DNA of 64,000 nucleotides. It comes from Owenia fusiformis (lineage: Eukaryota). Made by a program: the position numbers and the translations under genes. The notes beneath the pieces were generated by a model. The model had not been told where the DNA came from and ran no database searches. It was given only the letters and a program-made list of their open reading frames with translations. Position 1 is the first letter of the stretch, and every line of letters starts with the position of its first letter. The stretch covers positions 21,266,001 through 21,330,000 of the forward strand of contig CAIIXF020000001.1 in the NCBI GenBank assembly GCA_903813345.2, written 5' to 3'. Shown here piece after piece: positions 50,501-64,000 of the stretch.

Positions 50501-53500
50501 TACAGACTTAAATATTATCAAAAATGTGATTTTGATGACAAGAAGTTAAATTGATGCAAAAATTAAGAAATTGGTACAATGGTGTAAAGCCCAAATATGG
50601 ACCACTGGATCAGTTTAGATTAATGTTTTCATGTGTCCAAAAATTGTTGCTATATGGATGGACAGGCAGATGTACAGATGGGTGGCCAAGTTCATTAGCT
50701 TACCACATGAGCCAAAAATGGTGAAATAAATCTATTAAACTTCTTGATGGTGACATGAAAACTATTGTTACATAGACAATTATCCAATAGAAACCTTATT
50801 GTACCTGATAAGTGCTTGTTTCTTCAAGAAGTCCATGAGTCTTGGAAGTATATCCTTCACTATTCTTCTTCTCATGAAGTCACCACTTATCTCTGTCATT
50901 ATTTGTAGCATCTTTAATGCCTGGAACATAGACATACAGTAAAACCTGTTCTAAGTGAAACATCTCATGAAATGGAACAACTCGGAAGTAGTTTTTAAAA
51001 AATCCCGTTTTTTAAACCCATTGAATTAAAGTACAATTGAAATAGTGTTTTAAACATAAAAGAAACAATTTTATTTAATAATGAATGTATTTGGACATGT
51101 CATCTAATCAGTAATGTGGCAACCATTTCATTCCAATGAATGTGGTAGCTATTTAATAAACAATATCTAAATGTTTTGTGACATTTTTTGGCCCCCATGT
51201 GACTTTTGAACTGACAGCTTAAGAGATATCACAATGTTAATAATGAAACTTACTCTGACAGTAACTAAAGTTTCATCATCCTTGAATCTTTGTAGAATAG
51301 CTGGCCACAACTTGTGCACCATTGGAAGGAGATCATCTGTAATGGAACATTAAATAATAAAATGCAACACAAAATTAGATAAACATTCTAATATTGCATA
51401 TTCTGTTTGACCATTTATAGTAATATAAAAAATGAGGTACAAAAATTCTTGGATTGGAATAGCCCTAAATATATTTATTTGTGCAGGGGTTTACCTTTGT
51501 GATTTGCCATAGCCAAACATCCATTCTCTATAACATCTAGAACCTGTAGACGCAGCCTTGGATTCCCAGTTGATAAAATGTGTATACACCTTGTGAGCAC
51601 CTAGTGGACAGAGAACAGTGTCATGTATGATCAGCAATGGATATACATACATATACATATATACACGTACATATTCATATACAGTATATAAATGAACATA
51701 TTCATGATGCATTTTCAGAAGTTGAAGAATGTTATATCACCAAAATCTAATGCTCCTCCTCCTTACAGGGAATTTTTTAGCTTTAGCTTTATAAATGCAT
51801 ATAAATTTTATTGACTTCTAGTACGTCATGTGCAACTAGAAAAACAGCAACTCCACGGAGTAGCAAATCCCACCGAACAGCCACCTTGAAAATTTCTTCT
51901 CAAGCAGAGCTCCTTTATCTATAGGCATCAGTATATAAAATTTGAAGTAAATCCGTCCAATGGTATTTGAGTTATCAAAGATTACCTTTTTTATGAAAAA
52001 TGGCAGCCATTTTGAAATTCAGCTGACCCCTTTGAAATTTCTTCTGAAGCAGATCTCCTATTTCCCTAAACATCAGGATATAAAATTGGAACCAAATCCA
52101 TTCACTGGTATTTTAGTTATCAATGATTATGTTTTTTTAACGAAAAATGGCGGCCATTTTGAAATTTAGCTGCCATCTTGAAAATCCATTCTCAAACAGA
52201 GCTCCTATGTCCCTAGGCATCAGCATGTAAAATTTGAACCAAATCCATTCAATAGTATTTGAGTTATCAAAGATAAAAAATTTTACAAAAAATGGCCGCC
52301 ATTTTGAAATATGGTTGCATTCTTGAAAATGTCTTCTTGAGCAAGGTTCCTTTGTAGTTTGTACCCAGGCAACAGCATATAAAATTTGATCCAAATCTAT
52401 TCAATGATATTTGAGTTATCAAAGATAACGTTTTTTTTATGAAAAATGGCCGCCATTTTTAAATATGGTGGCCATCTTGAAAATGTCTTCTTCAGCAGGG
52501 CTCCTTTGTACCCGGACAACAGCATATAAAATTTGAACCAAATCCATCTACAAGTATTTGAGTAATCAAAGATTATATTTTTTCCGAAAAATGGCCGCCA
52601 TTTTGAATTTAGCAGCCATATTGAAAATTCCTTCTCGAGCAGAGGTCCTACACCCATAAGGCATACGCCTATAAAATTTGAATGAAATCCGTTAACGGGT
52701 ATTTGAGTTATTGCCCGGACACACGAACGGACGAACGGACGGACGGACGGACGGCTTTTCTATATCCCCCTCGAACTTCGTTCGGTGGGATAAAAATGCA
52801 TCTATTGAACTAGATAATATAACACTGTGTTGGAAGAATACATTTAAAGTGTGATGGATTCAGAAGGTTAATTCTTCAAAGAGTTAATTTGGTTGAAAAT
52901 GTTAAAAACTAACTTCCGGACCCAAAACTGAACATTTTTGGAAGACATTGAATGTATTCTCTTAACAGTTCTTGCTTCAACACATTTTCATTGATATTTG
53001 GAGTCACAGTTTATCTGGTCAAAATTTAATTCAGAAGCAATCTGAAATAAAATGGAGTCTATAATTGAAATAAACAAATGCCAAAAACTTGAGATTCAAA
53101 AATATAAAATCTATGAGTTAAACCTCTAAAACAGCTTTGATATGTTGTGGTACTTTCTTCTCAGTGTCACCCTCTGTAGGATCCATTTCTTCTTCTACAT
53201 TATCCTTATCATCATCACCAACATCATCATCTCCCATCACAGTCTCATCAGTGAAATCACCTTCAGCTATCCGTTTTTGGGTTTTGTACTCCAATAAAAA
53301 TGTTTTCACATCTTCTACACTAAGATGCTTTACAGTCCTCGATGTATCTGAGATTCTACCATGCTCACTTGAATTCTGAAATACAATTTTTGATTCGAAT
53401 TTCAAGCCAAAATACACTCCATGTACATGCTGACTATGACTATAGACCATTCTATTGGAGTTGAATATGTCTCATCCTGAGTTAAAGAGATTTCTATCCA

Positions 53501-56500
53501 ACACATACTCACTTTGTCTTACAGTGAATATCAATTGTTATAATCTATAGGCCTATCCAAAACTCATGAAAAATCCATCATCTCAAACTTACCGTTTGGG
53601 GAGGATACCATCTCTGTACTGCACATACAAGGGAATGTAGCACCTTCATAAAGATCTCACATTCATCTTGATGATTGTCATCTAGTGACTGTAAGATCTG
53701 CAATCAAATACAAGATACAAATGTACACTTTACAGTGTGTATATTAATAGAGGATATCATGTGATATACTGTACTCCCAGTTAATTTCGCGAGTTTTAAT
53801 TTTGCGAATTTTGAGAAATCGCATTTACGCAGCTATTAAATTTCGCGGTTTTCACAAGTTCAAATTTCTGAATCCTCAAGTTTTGTAAACTTTGTTACAC
53901 AGTAGTTACATCCAACCCAGTATAATATTTGGATAAAATTTATAATTACTAGATCTTGGAGAATGGTACGCTGCACACCAACCTCTATTACATCGTCATT
54001 TTTGGTAAAATTGATCCAATAAGCCAAGGAGACATCGTTGCTATATCCCATTTATCACCCATGTTTTGCAAATGTTTTACACAAAACGAAATGCATCGGA
54101 GTCCCATGTAATAACAAATCCCCGGAGATTTGATTAGTGAATTTCGTGATGTTTATTTTTCGTGATTTTTCCACAATCGCGAAGAGCCCGAAACTAAATT
54201 GCACGCGAAAATACCGGGAGTACAGTATTCATGATATGATTTTTATCTATGAATGGATATATTATGAGCCATATCTCATGCTTTAAAAGCATTATTAGAT
54301 GGTTGTGAATATTTGACAAAATATATAGAATAATCTGCCTAAGAGCCAAAGGGCAGAAACAGTATATTTAAGGATCATCTAAATTGTGTATGCTGAAACA
54401 AAACGTGTTAAGTATATTCGCATCAAATTCACCAAGTACATGTATGGAGGAACATGAATAAATTTAATACCTTAGAATAATTGTGACAATTGTGTTTTAT
54501 ATAATCAAGTATATTTTCTTCATCCATATGATCATTTCATGAATTACACTGAAGCATGGCCTCTTGAGAAAGAAATATTTTTACCGGCATAGTTCTAAGC
54601 AACCTAATAACATGTACTTCATTTCTATACATTCATATAAATGTACATGCAAAATTGAGAGGATGATAATTGGTTGTAAAATCTTTTAATCCTCTTTTTG
54701 ATCCTTTTAATGCAGCAGGTTGCGGTTTTGTCAATGAATAGTATTTTTATATTATCACAGTTCATTGACTGATCATACCAATGTTCATATTTAGAAATCC
54801 AACAGAACTTTATTGTATATTGTGCAGAAGAAATATAAGTCGCAATCAGGCAGAAAAATAAAAAGTAAAGGTAACTGTAATCACTTAATACCCCCTAAAT
54901 GGAGACAGGGGGTCACATCCAAATCTAAGGAAGGTAAAGCATTTGCGTAAAAATCCTGTACAAGGTTTGTGTCCTCCAAATCTCACTATACATGGGTGGA
55001 GTACAACCCAGATCCAGATGTATGTAATGGTAATAGTATTGATGCAATCACTGAATGGTGTTGTTCATGCCCAGTTGGGAGTAGGGTTGTAGGTTCATGT
55101 GCACACATTGCATGTGCTATTTGGTTCCTAGGCAGTGGAAGGCATGACATTTAAAATTCAAAAACTATGGAAATCTGGAATCTGGGGGGGGCCCTAAAAC
55201 CAAAATTTAGCCCAAATATTGAAAATTTTAGGCCCATTTTTTAGATAATTTGGCCTAAAATTAAAAATAAGGCCTTAAAAGGCTCATTTATTTCCAAAAG
55301 GTTTTTGTGTTTTTCAATGTTGCCCCTTGTTCTTTCTCACTGTGATTTAAATTAACATATTTCTCTTTTCTTACACATTTTTGTAAACTGTTTGTGGACA
55401 ATTGATCTTAATGAAATATAAAGAAGATCTTAGTCTGATATGCATTTTTGACTTCTTATACTTTATGTGTGTTTCCAATTATTCTAAATATATTGGGGCC
55501 AATATAGGGTCTAGGTAAAAATAATCTGTCAAAATGAATTTTAGAACCCGTATAATCTGAATATCTCTGGGACTGGCCAAATGTATGCAGGTGTTCACAT
55601 TTCAAGATTTCTTATCATTTGAGTCAATTAGAGATAAAACATAACTGCAGGTCATATTAACCATGTTTAACTCAGTTACAGTACATTTTAACTTTGAATA
55701 GTTACACCATTTGATATGAAATGCTATTAGCTATTGACAAGTCGAACACTGCATGCAAAAATGTTCCTTTTCAAGTTTTCAAGTCTGAACTTTGACTCTG
55801 CTGCCATGCCAACTTTCAAAATTGCTTTTGAATTAATATGACATATTTGTTTTTTGTTCAAAGTTATTGTACTTTGGTTAAAGCTACTATGTCAACTTGA
55901 CCTTAAACTAGATATATCATATAGAAAGATGAGGTCGAACTGCCATTAGAACTGTATTTGGATAGACGCAAAAAAAGCAGGCCGAAAAAGAGTTCAGCAG
56001 AGAAGAGAATGTCGAGTCTCAAGGCAACATTTGCAGTTGTTACAGGTTCAAGCCAAGGACTTGGTAAGGAAATTGCCCTACAGTTTGCAAAGGTCTGCGA
56101 CGGAGAAACATCTGTACTGGTTTTACATGGAAGAAATGAAGAACGTTTGGCAGCTGTTCATGCTGACATAAAAGCAGTAAATCCACTATTAACTGTGTGT
56201 GCTGTTGTCGCTGATCTGGTTGAACATGAAAGCTACAAACGCCTTGTTGAGATATTTGATGAATTTGGGAAGCAGTCATTTGAGAGAGCGTTCCTGGTAC
56301 ATAATGCCGGAGACCATATGGGATTCGTAAAAAACAAAGCCCATGAGATTGATGATCATCAAGCCATACAAAGATTCATGAGTATGCACCTAACATCAAT
56401 GGTTGTACTAACATCAAATTTCATGAAGAAAATTACAAGCCATGCTCTGATAAAGACCAAACAGTATGTGGTCAATGTAAGTTCAATGTCTGCTTTGGTA

Positions 56501-59500
56501 CCAATGAAAACATTGGCACTTTACTGCTCAGCAAAGGCAGCAAGAGAAATGTTCATGCAGGTGCTAGCTTTGGAGGACCCTGAGGTTAGAGCATTGAACT
56601 TTGACCCTGCTATCATGCCAACAGAGATGTTGATAAATCACATTAGAGATGCGTATGATCGCGACTTTGCTAGGAAGTTGACAAAAATGGGCAAAGATGG
56701 AGAAATCTTTTCAGCAGTGAAAATTGCAGAAGAGTTTATAAAGGTGGTTATTCTTGATGAATGGAAAAGTGGTGAACATGTGGCACCGTGTAAATTTAAG
56801 GTGTGAGGACACGTGAGAACAATACAAGAACACTATGAAAACATTTTGATAACAATAGGAAAACAATGTGAGAACATATTGAAACATTATGAGACCAGTT
56901 AGAATACATAACGAGAAAAACACTGAAACATTTTGAGAACAGGAGACATTACACGAACAATTAGAAAACATTTACAAGAAAAACACTAAAATACTATAAA
57001 CCCAATGGGAAACAAGAACAATTGGAAAATATTGAGATTGAATTTAAACAAGGCACAGACGTGAACAATATCGTACCTAAAACACAGCAGTGTGACAGTG
57101 AAGAATTTAGGACGGAAAATCCAAAATGGCCACCTTAAAATTTACCCAGAATGCCCAAAAACTAATCAGTTCTTAACTTTGATACGTAGAAACATCCCTG
57201 AAAATTTCAGATGAATCCATCAAATGGTTTGGCTGGAAACCTGTAGACAAGTCTTGAAAGGGAAGATTTTAGGACGGAAAATCCAAAATGGCCACCTTAA
57301 AATTAACCCAGAATGCCAAAAAACTAATCAGTTGTTAACTTTAATATGTAGAAACATCCCTGTAAATTTCAAATGAATCCGTCAAATGGTTTGGCTGGAA
57401 ACCTGTAGACAAGTCTTGAAAGTGAAGATTTTAGGACGGAAAATCCAAAATGGCCACCTTAAATTTTACCCAGAATGCCAAAAAACTAATCAGTTCTTAA
57501 CTTTGAAGCCCGCCCGTCAAGCTGACGACAATATCGTACCTTTATTAGGTACGATAAAAAAACATTATGAGAACAATACTAAATATAAAGGATTTTATAA
57601 TAAAAACATTATGAGAACAATACTAAATATAAAGGATTTTATAATAAATATGTAAGACACAGTGTAAAATATAAAAAATTGTGAGTGAAATATATCCCAT
57701 TTGTAAATGAATCTTTGTTGTTTGTTGGTTAATAACTGAAAAGCTAAAGCTCACCTCTCTTATGGTGTCATCAATGTAGTGAATGATTTCCTTCCCCGTG
57801 TACTTCAGTAGGACCTTCAGAACCAGAGGGGTATTTGGGTTTCTGCCTAAATGTCGAAGCCTCAGAGAGATTGACGACACAATGAAATCTGCATTCTTGC
57901 ACAGTAAGTCATTTATAGAACTGGAACATACATACATACATAACTTACATACATGTACATGTATATCATAAACTGATGTTTTTGATGATCCAGGAATTTA
58001 AGTATTTATGGCTATTATTTACACAGAAATCTGAAATGCAAATAAACCATTGCACCTATATCTATAATAGGGGAATGTTTTCCGAAAATTTCCATCAAAT
58101 ATAGATGGCATGATGGCACGGGTAACTATCAGGGGGAGGGGGAATAATGAGAAATTTCAGAGGAGGGTATGCACCCCTTAAGCAGGTATACACCAATGGG
58201 GCAAAATCCCACTTGCCCCATCGAGTCCCATCTTGCACCATCGAATCCCAACTTGCCCAATCGAATCCCACTAAGTCCCATGGGACCTTGATGACTTTGC
58301 CCCATCATGCTCTATGGAGTCCCAGCAAATCCCACCTTGCCCCATTGGTGTATGTTGGGCTTCACACAACACATCATATGATCGAAAATCCCACGATGCC
58401 CAATGGAAAGAATGAACATGTTCATTCTGGATGGGGCAAGATGGGACTCCGTGGGATTTTGCCCCATCTTGCCCCATCGAATCTCACTGAGTCCCATTTG
58501 GGACCTCATGCCACGGACTCCATGGGGCAAAATCCCAAGAAGTCCCACAAGGTCCCACGCAATGTTAAGTCTATGGAGGTCCCAACTTGCCCCATTGGTG
58601 TATACTGGGCTTTAACAAAGTCATCTAGTACCTGTATTTGCCATGCTTTGTGATGTCACAGAGTGTAATATAAGCAGTATCACTCAGTAATGCAGATTCT
58701 TCTCCTAGTTTCTCTAATGTAGGATACAAGATATATTGCAACATCACTTCAAAGTCCCCACCAAGCACCTGAATCATAAACACATATTGTTTACTTACTT
58801 TTACAAAGTATATACTTCTACAAAATATTTGAGGCTTCTGATTATAATCTGTCTTTGTTAAATAAATAAATACACATAGTTTTGATTTCATACTATAATG
58901 CAAAAATCAACATTACAGGGTGGGCCAAAAAAAACCAATACCCAACTTTAAATTAGAATGAAAATAGCTATGTTCAATATGATACATTGATTTATATATC
59001 ATTGTACAGGTAATCCATTTTCGAACAATTTGGTATATAACACTATGTCATGAAATCAATATTAAAGATTTATCATGCTTATTTGGGAGGCCGGGTCGGT
59101 ATTTAAGGTATCCAGATTTTAGGGAGAAAATAGTAAATCTGCGGAATAATGTTAATTTTTTATTTAAAGAATATCATTTTGTTAGGTGAATACATGCTTG
59201 TATATTTGTATATTGTGTGACTAAATTTATTGTTTATGAATTTTAGTGTTGTTTATTATCAATAAGTACTCAAAGGGGGTCTGTTAAAAGACATTAAACG
59301 TATATGTGACGAGGATTTTATTTTCCAACAAGACATTGCCTCGTACCGTAGATTTCAGGAGACATTGGCATTCCTTTGCAGACAAGGTGTCAATTTGATT
59401 GATCTGATGCTTGGCCACCCAACAGCCCCGATGCTACATGTAATGTGTTTGATTACCATACATGGAGCCTTCTCAAGGAAATTGTACAATCAAAAGCATC

Positions 59501-62500
59501 CAATAAACAACATTGATGAGCTGAAACAGAATCCTAAAGTGCTGAAATGAATTGCAACAGAAATCTCTCAATAAGGCTATTGATAGATTGCGCTACCACT
59601 TGAAGCTTATTGTTGATGCAGAGGGGAGGGAGTGGGGGTATATTGAGCAATTGTGAAAATTAATTAAATAAATAAAGTGTAAAATGTTATTAAACAGCAC
59701 TGAAATTCAAAAACAATAGATTTAGTCACACAATGATGCAAATATCAATATCCAAGCATGTATTCACCTAACAAAAGAATGATATTCTATAAATAAAAAA
59801 TTAACATAATTCCGCAGATTTACTATTTTCTCCCTTAAATCTGGAGACCTTAAATAGCAACCTGGCCTCCCAAATAAGTAAAATAAAACTTTACTATTGA
59901 TTTCATTACATAGTGTTATATACCAAATTGTTTGAAATTGTATAACCTTTAAAATGATATGTAAATCAATGTACCATATTGAATGTAACTATTTTTATCC
60001 TGATTTGAAGTTGGGTATTGGTTTTTTTTGGCCCACCCTGTACATTACAAAGCATTAAATATGTATAGGAAATCTATATTTCATCCACAAGTGTATAGTT
60101 TTCTGAATAAATCAGGCACCGAGAACATACCTTTGCAAAAATTCCAAATCCCTCCAGCATGAGGCAAAGTTGCATTATATTGCTGTTGAGTGTTTCAATA
60201 GAATGAAGGTTTTTCTTTAAGCGACCACTTTGGTTAAGCTGCCAGGGATTGGCCTGTTGTTGCATTCCCCGGATTGCTTCAGCGTTAGACACAGGAATAT
60301 TCCAGTATGCTGCAGATAGGTATGTCTCAACCAATGACCTGAAATAAAGTTCCTATTTTAAAGATCTTGAACCCATCAGAAGCCTAAGGCTGAATGACTT
60401 AATTCAACCAATGATTAAACACATTCAATGAGACAAGAACTATCTTTCAAAAAGTCAGTGCCACTCAAGTTAAAATCAAGAACAAAAATAGTGTTGTATA
60501 TTTAGTGCCAAATTACAGTTAGTAAACATATACCAATGTATTGTATAAATAGCTTCATGAGGATGTATTAGTTACAATAAAACCCCTTCAATAGCATGCA
60601 ACAATGTACAGCGTTTACCTGATGATGACTGCAATAGTTTCTTTGGAATGCTTTAGATGTTGAGGACTGTCTGAACAGGTGGTTGCTCCAGGTGTAGAGT
60701 TCAGATTCAGACCTTCACCCGTTGTTCCTAGCATTAGCTCATTCAGAATGAGTATGGACTGTTTACGATGCAGACTCGTTTCAGTGAAAACATCTAAGAA
60801 ATGGTCGGTCAAGACGTTAATGTCACCTTTAAAAACAGTACTAAAGAGATAAACAAGAGAATCATATCAACACAAAATATACAAGCAAATAAATCAATAG
60901 GCAAAAGTAATTAGTATTGTATATATAAAGATTGTTATTGTATATATAAAAATTATCAAAATCATTTCAATTAATTTCCACAAAATTGAGTTTTAATGCA
61001 ACCATGATTTTTTTCATTTATGATAAATCGTTGCTATAATTATCAATATTTACCATAGTAACCCAATAGCCTGCAGATTAACTGCAACTCTTTGTGTATT
61101 CGCTCGTCTGTAAATTCTTTAAAGTATTTCTTTGGTCTGATTATTTCTGGTTGGCTGGACATATATCCCATTGCTGCTTCTGAAACATGACACATCAGGT
61201 CTTTAAACATTTAGCAGCCTGTACCATTTCACAGGATAACTGTGGTCTCCTATTTTTCAATTACATATGCTAATAGGAGAATACTAGATGGCAGACTGAT
61301 TAAAGCGAACTTAAAAAAAACCTTACATGATGCAGGCCCGTAGCCCCCTGGCCAAATATTCTTTCAAAATCATGCAGTTTTTCACCATTTTGAGCATTTC
61401 TCAAGAGATTTTAGCCATATTTGGGCCAAAATTGTCAGATGTGAACCCCCCCTGGAAATTTTTGAAAACTGAACCCCCGTTGGCAAACTATTTGTCATTC
61501 AAAACTCAGACCAAACTGATCTGGTACAGTGGTTAAACACAAGTGCCAGTGCATGTAAGTACCCTTTCATTCAAGAGAAATTCACAAATGCAAAATGGCT
61601 GTTTTCTACAAAATTGGTGTGGAGGTTATGAGATGACAAAATGGCTTATAGGCAAAAAATGAGTATACCTGTGGATGCCGAGGTCCTATCCTCCACAATT
61701 TTGATATCTGTAATGTCCAGCTCCAGTGTCTGCACCAAGGCTAGGGACAACCTCTTCAGATGTGGATAAGACAGAATGAGACCCTTAATCCTGGGGCCTA
61801 GAATAATAATGGTAAATGTTATAAATTAGAACCTGTTAAGAAAGCATACTAAAAAGTGGTTGGATAACAGATGCGGTCAAAGGAGGAGGAAAATTAGTGC
61901 AACAGATTTTGGACAGTCATATGTTTGATTTTGGCCATTTCCTGGTGATTTAAACAGGTGCAAATGTTAAGCGCATGCATTACCTCCAGGAAAATCACTT
62001 CTAGAGACGATAAAATAATTTCTCAGATAATGGCCAAAATCCAACATGTGACTGTCCAAAATCTGTTGAGCTAATTTCCCTCCTCCTTTACAGTTTTTGC
62101 TGAACATTGTATGATAAATCAAAGATCACTGAATATAAACATACTATGAGTCACCTTTTTAAAATTCCCTTAAATATAATACTCTGCATGACTGCATATC
62201 TATCTATTGCCTGCCTTTTATCAATAAAAAACCAATCCTTTAATTAATTAGCAATCATTCTACCTGTCAATATTACCAAATATTGATGACAAATTATAAG
62301 TACAATTTCAAATAATTGAATTCATTCTTGCCCAAATAGTGACACTAATAGTGACATAACCTCTAAATATATTTAGTTAATAACTAATAGGCATGCTACT
62401 TATGCTCACCTAATAAATTCAGATATCCACTGAACAACTGTAGTGTTGATATTTTCTTATTATCATCCATGGTTCTTATAACTCTTGGTAAAGATGTCGC

Positions 62501-63977
62501 CAGTGCATGTAAGTTCTCTTCAAGAATTTCAACCAAGGATTTTGATTGGTTGTTAGCCATATGTGCATTACTGAACTGCTGTAAGGCCTGAGTAGCCTTA
62601 GAAGCTACGTTAGGGTAATCATCTCCCACTAAACCAACTAATACTTGAAGCAGATGAGGAATAGAAGCTTCCATTGATCTGAAATCGCATGCTACAATTT
62701 ACATCAATTTTAACAACCTACGTAGTAAATGTATATCAAAAACATTCACTTAGTCAATGTTTGATATGAAGCCTTTACAAGTGAATAAGAAAATGGTGGT
62801 GAAAACCCCAAAACAGAACCTAAGGCAGAACCATGAGATTTACAAATGGGTGTAATTGAGAATAGAAATAATACACTTTTGTTTTTAAAAGATATCTTTG
62901 ATGCTGCCACATTTACATGATAAGGATTGTTAAATGGAAGAAGTGCTCAAAAGTGTGTGCATTGTAGTGCCACTTGTATGTGACGTCTTATGTGGTAAAC
63001 CCCTCCCCCTCATTATTCACATTTTTGCTAGTTAGTCAAAATTTGCAGATCTTTATTTTTCTTAAATTCTTAATTTTCAAATGGGTGCAAGTGGTTTTTC
63101 AAGTGGGTGCATATCTCACACTTCCTACAGTGGGGAGATCACACTGGACAATTTCTGCAACTGAGAATCGACTTACTTGTTACACTTGGTAATGAGGGCC
63201 TCTGCCCAGTCAACGAGAGCCATGCGAACTTTCCAGCTAGAGTGGCCCACCAATGTTGCGATATTCTGAACAAGAATATTCAGTTTGTGTGCCGTGTCTT
63301 CACTCCATCTCTTACACCTGGTCACTGCTAATTTGTTACTCTCACTGTGATGACTGGACTGTCCTGGAAATGAAATAAGGCATCAACATAGAAAAATGTC
63401 ACCACCTGGCTACAATTACAAAAGTGTAACCATGTAACATAACAAACAACCCCAAATGCAGAATGTGGATGGTGGTTACAAGAATGTCTATAACAATGTC
63501 ACAACTCATTTTTGTTATTGGTGAGTTTGATATTTCATTCAATTGACACAAACTCTTGAAGAAAACACATTTGCCAAAAACAGGAAAATTCATGCAACAA
63601 TTCTCACTTTACCTACACAATGAATAAATTACATGTAGTATGATGAATGTAATCAAAATTGATCATTAGAGAATGAAAAGGGATTTTTACATGCCAATTG
63701 TCAAATGATTTTGCTATACATGAGATTCACACATTGCAGTATTCCAGAGAGGAAAGGCGAATTGGGCCACTAATTATTTGAAATATTGTAACTTATTCAG
63801 GAAGTATAGCACTTGTGGAATCTGACTCATATGATTCAAAAACTTCAAAGAGATGACCTTAATCAAAAGTAGAATATTTATATTACCTGATGATTTGGTA
63901 TTTTTTTGTTCTGCAGCATTTAACATCTTATCTCCCATGACAAGGCACACAATCTTTGTCCAGCAGTGAATGGCATT
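47558..63977 (-). CDS. TTI1: TELO2-interacting protein 1 (TTT complex HEAT-repeat protein), 3' 18 exons; 5' part beyond window
   Basis: Exons 63977-63887, 63363-63177, 62678-62400, 61790-61669, 61179-61054, 60826-60619, 60338-60131, 58768-58632, 57920-57755, 53697-53593, 53375-53124, 51600-51495, 51336-51254, 50920-50805, 50196-50109, 49679-49587, 49163-49041, 47644-47558 all phase-compatible; motifs [63 protein letters not shown]. Confidence 0.92.
47760..49070 (-). repeat. ~49-bp minisatellite (~26 copies) filling the last TTI1 intron
   Basis: + strand unit TTACCTGTAAGTCAATGAAGGCATAGAGAGGTGGAGTTAAGCAATAGG(C/T). Confidence 0.95.
51835..52795 (+). mobile_element. Helentron/Pearl-like element with ~125-bp internal satellite
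   Basis: 5' ACTAGAAAAACAGCAACTCCACGGAGTAGCAAATCCCA (reverse copies ~3980-4020, ~6530-6570), ~6 units with AAAATGGCCGCCATTTT, (GGAC)n, 3' hairpin. Confidence 0.75.
53769..54225. mobile_element. TA-flanked MITE
   Basis: TA-CTGTACTCCC...GGGAGTACAG-TA with TTTCGCG subterminal repeats. Confidence 0.75.
54940..55154 (+). pseudogene. SWIM zinc-finger fragment, probably transposon-derived
   Basis: [26 protein letters not shown] (CxC-x9-CxH); isolated, no ATG-led full ORF. Confidence 0.6.
56009..56806 (+). CDS. Sepiapterin reductase-like short-chain dehydrogenase, intronless, nested antisense in TTI1 intron 53698-57754
   Basis: [29 protein letters not shown] (YxxxK), [23 protein letters not shown] at 56009. 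Confidence 0.88.
   Translation: MSSLKATFAVVTGSSQGLGKEIALQFAKVCDGETSVLVLHGRNEERLAAVHADIKAVNPLLTVCAVVADLVEHESYKRLVEIFDEFGKQSFERAFLVHNAGDHMGFVKNKAHEIDDHQAIQRFMSMHLTSMVVLTSNFMKKITSHALIKTKQYVVNVSSMSALVPMKTLALYCSAKAAREMFMQVLALEDPEVRALNFDPAIMPTEMLINHIRDAYDRDFARKLTKMGKDGEIFSAVKIAEEFIKVVILDEWKSGEHVAPCKFKV
57050..57560 (+). mobile_element. Helentron-like element with ~165 bp tandem subrepeats
   Basis: ~3 copies of TTTAGGACGGAAAATCCAAAATGGCCACC...; 3' hairpin TATCGTACC-TTTATTA-GGTACGATA. Confidence 0.6.
58182..58611. mobile_element. TTAA-flanked MITE
   Basis: TTAA...GTATACACCAATGGGGCAA / TTGCCCCATTGGTGTATAC...TTAA; CCCA-rich interior. Confidence 0.7.
58916..60040 (+). mobile_element. Internally deleted Tc1/mariner transposon with transposase remnants
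   Basis: TA-CAGGGTGGGCCAAAAAAAACCAATACCC TIRs (~290 bp arms); remnant peptides FIFQQD (~59318) and WPPNSPD (~59412). Confidence 0.88.
61879..62089. mobile_element. Palindromic MITE family A, internally deleted copy 3
   Basis: AAAGGAGGAGG...CCTCCTCCTTT ends as in 12970 and 18137 copies. Confidence 0.8.
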
Positions 63978-64000
63978 CTAAATAAACAAAAAGACATTCA

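Noticed and set aside
58147-58653. 168-aa ORF
   Set aside because: Falls within a TTAA-flanked MITE of CCCA-rich repeats

Overview
AT-rich, intron-rich eukaryotic (animal, probably marine invertebrate) genomic DNA; no prokaryotic features or CRISPR arrays. Spliced genes, read exon by exon: 3' part of cyclophilin E (PPIE, +, containing a U12-type intron); an intronless-CDS sterol delta-7 reductase of the plant DWF5-like rather than vertebrate type (-) head-to-head with PEX3 (+, 12 coding exons); an unrecognised ~980-aa type I membrane protein built from five 4-Cys helical modules, EGF repeats and a Thr stalk (-); and the 3' 18 exons of TTI1 (-), with an intronless sepiapterin-reductase-like SDR nested antisense in one intron. 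A tandemly duplicated PAN/Apple(+discoidin) secreted-protein gene lies antisense upstream of the first visible PPIE exon; one copy is broken by a deletion. Introns are crowded with non-autonomous DNA transposons (Tc1/mariner-, Mutator/Merlin-, Academ-, Kolobok-, Harbinger-, Helentron-like) plus one tRNA-derived SINE. Most unusual: two independent 48-49 bp minisatellites each amplify an exon/5'-splice-site junction (PEX3 intron 2, TTI1 last intron). All homology calls come from remembered family motifs, not database searches.
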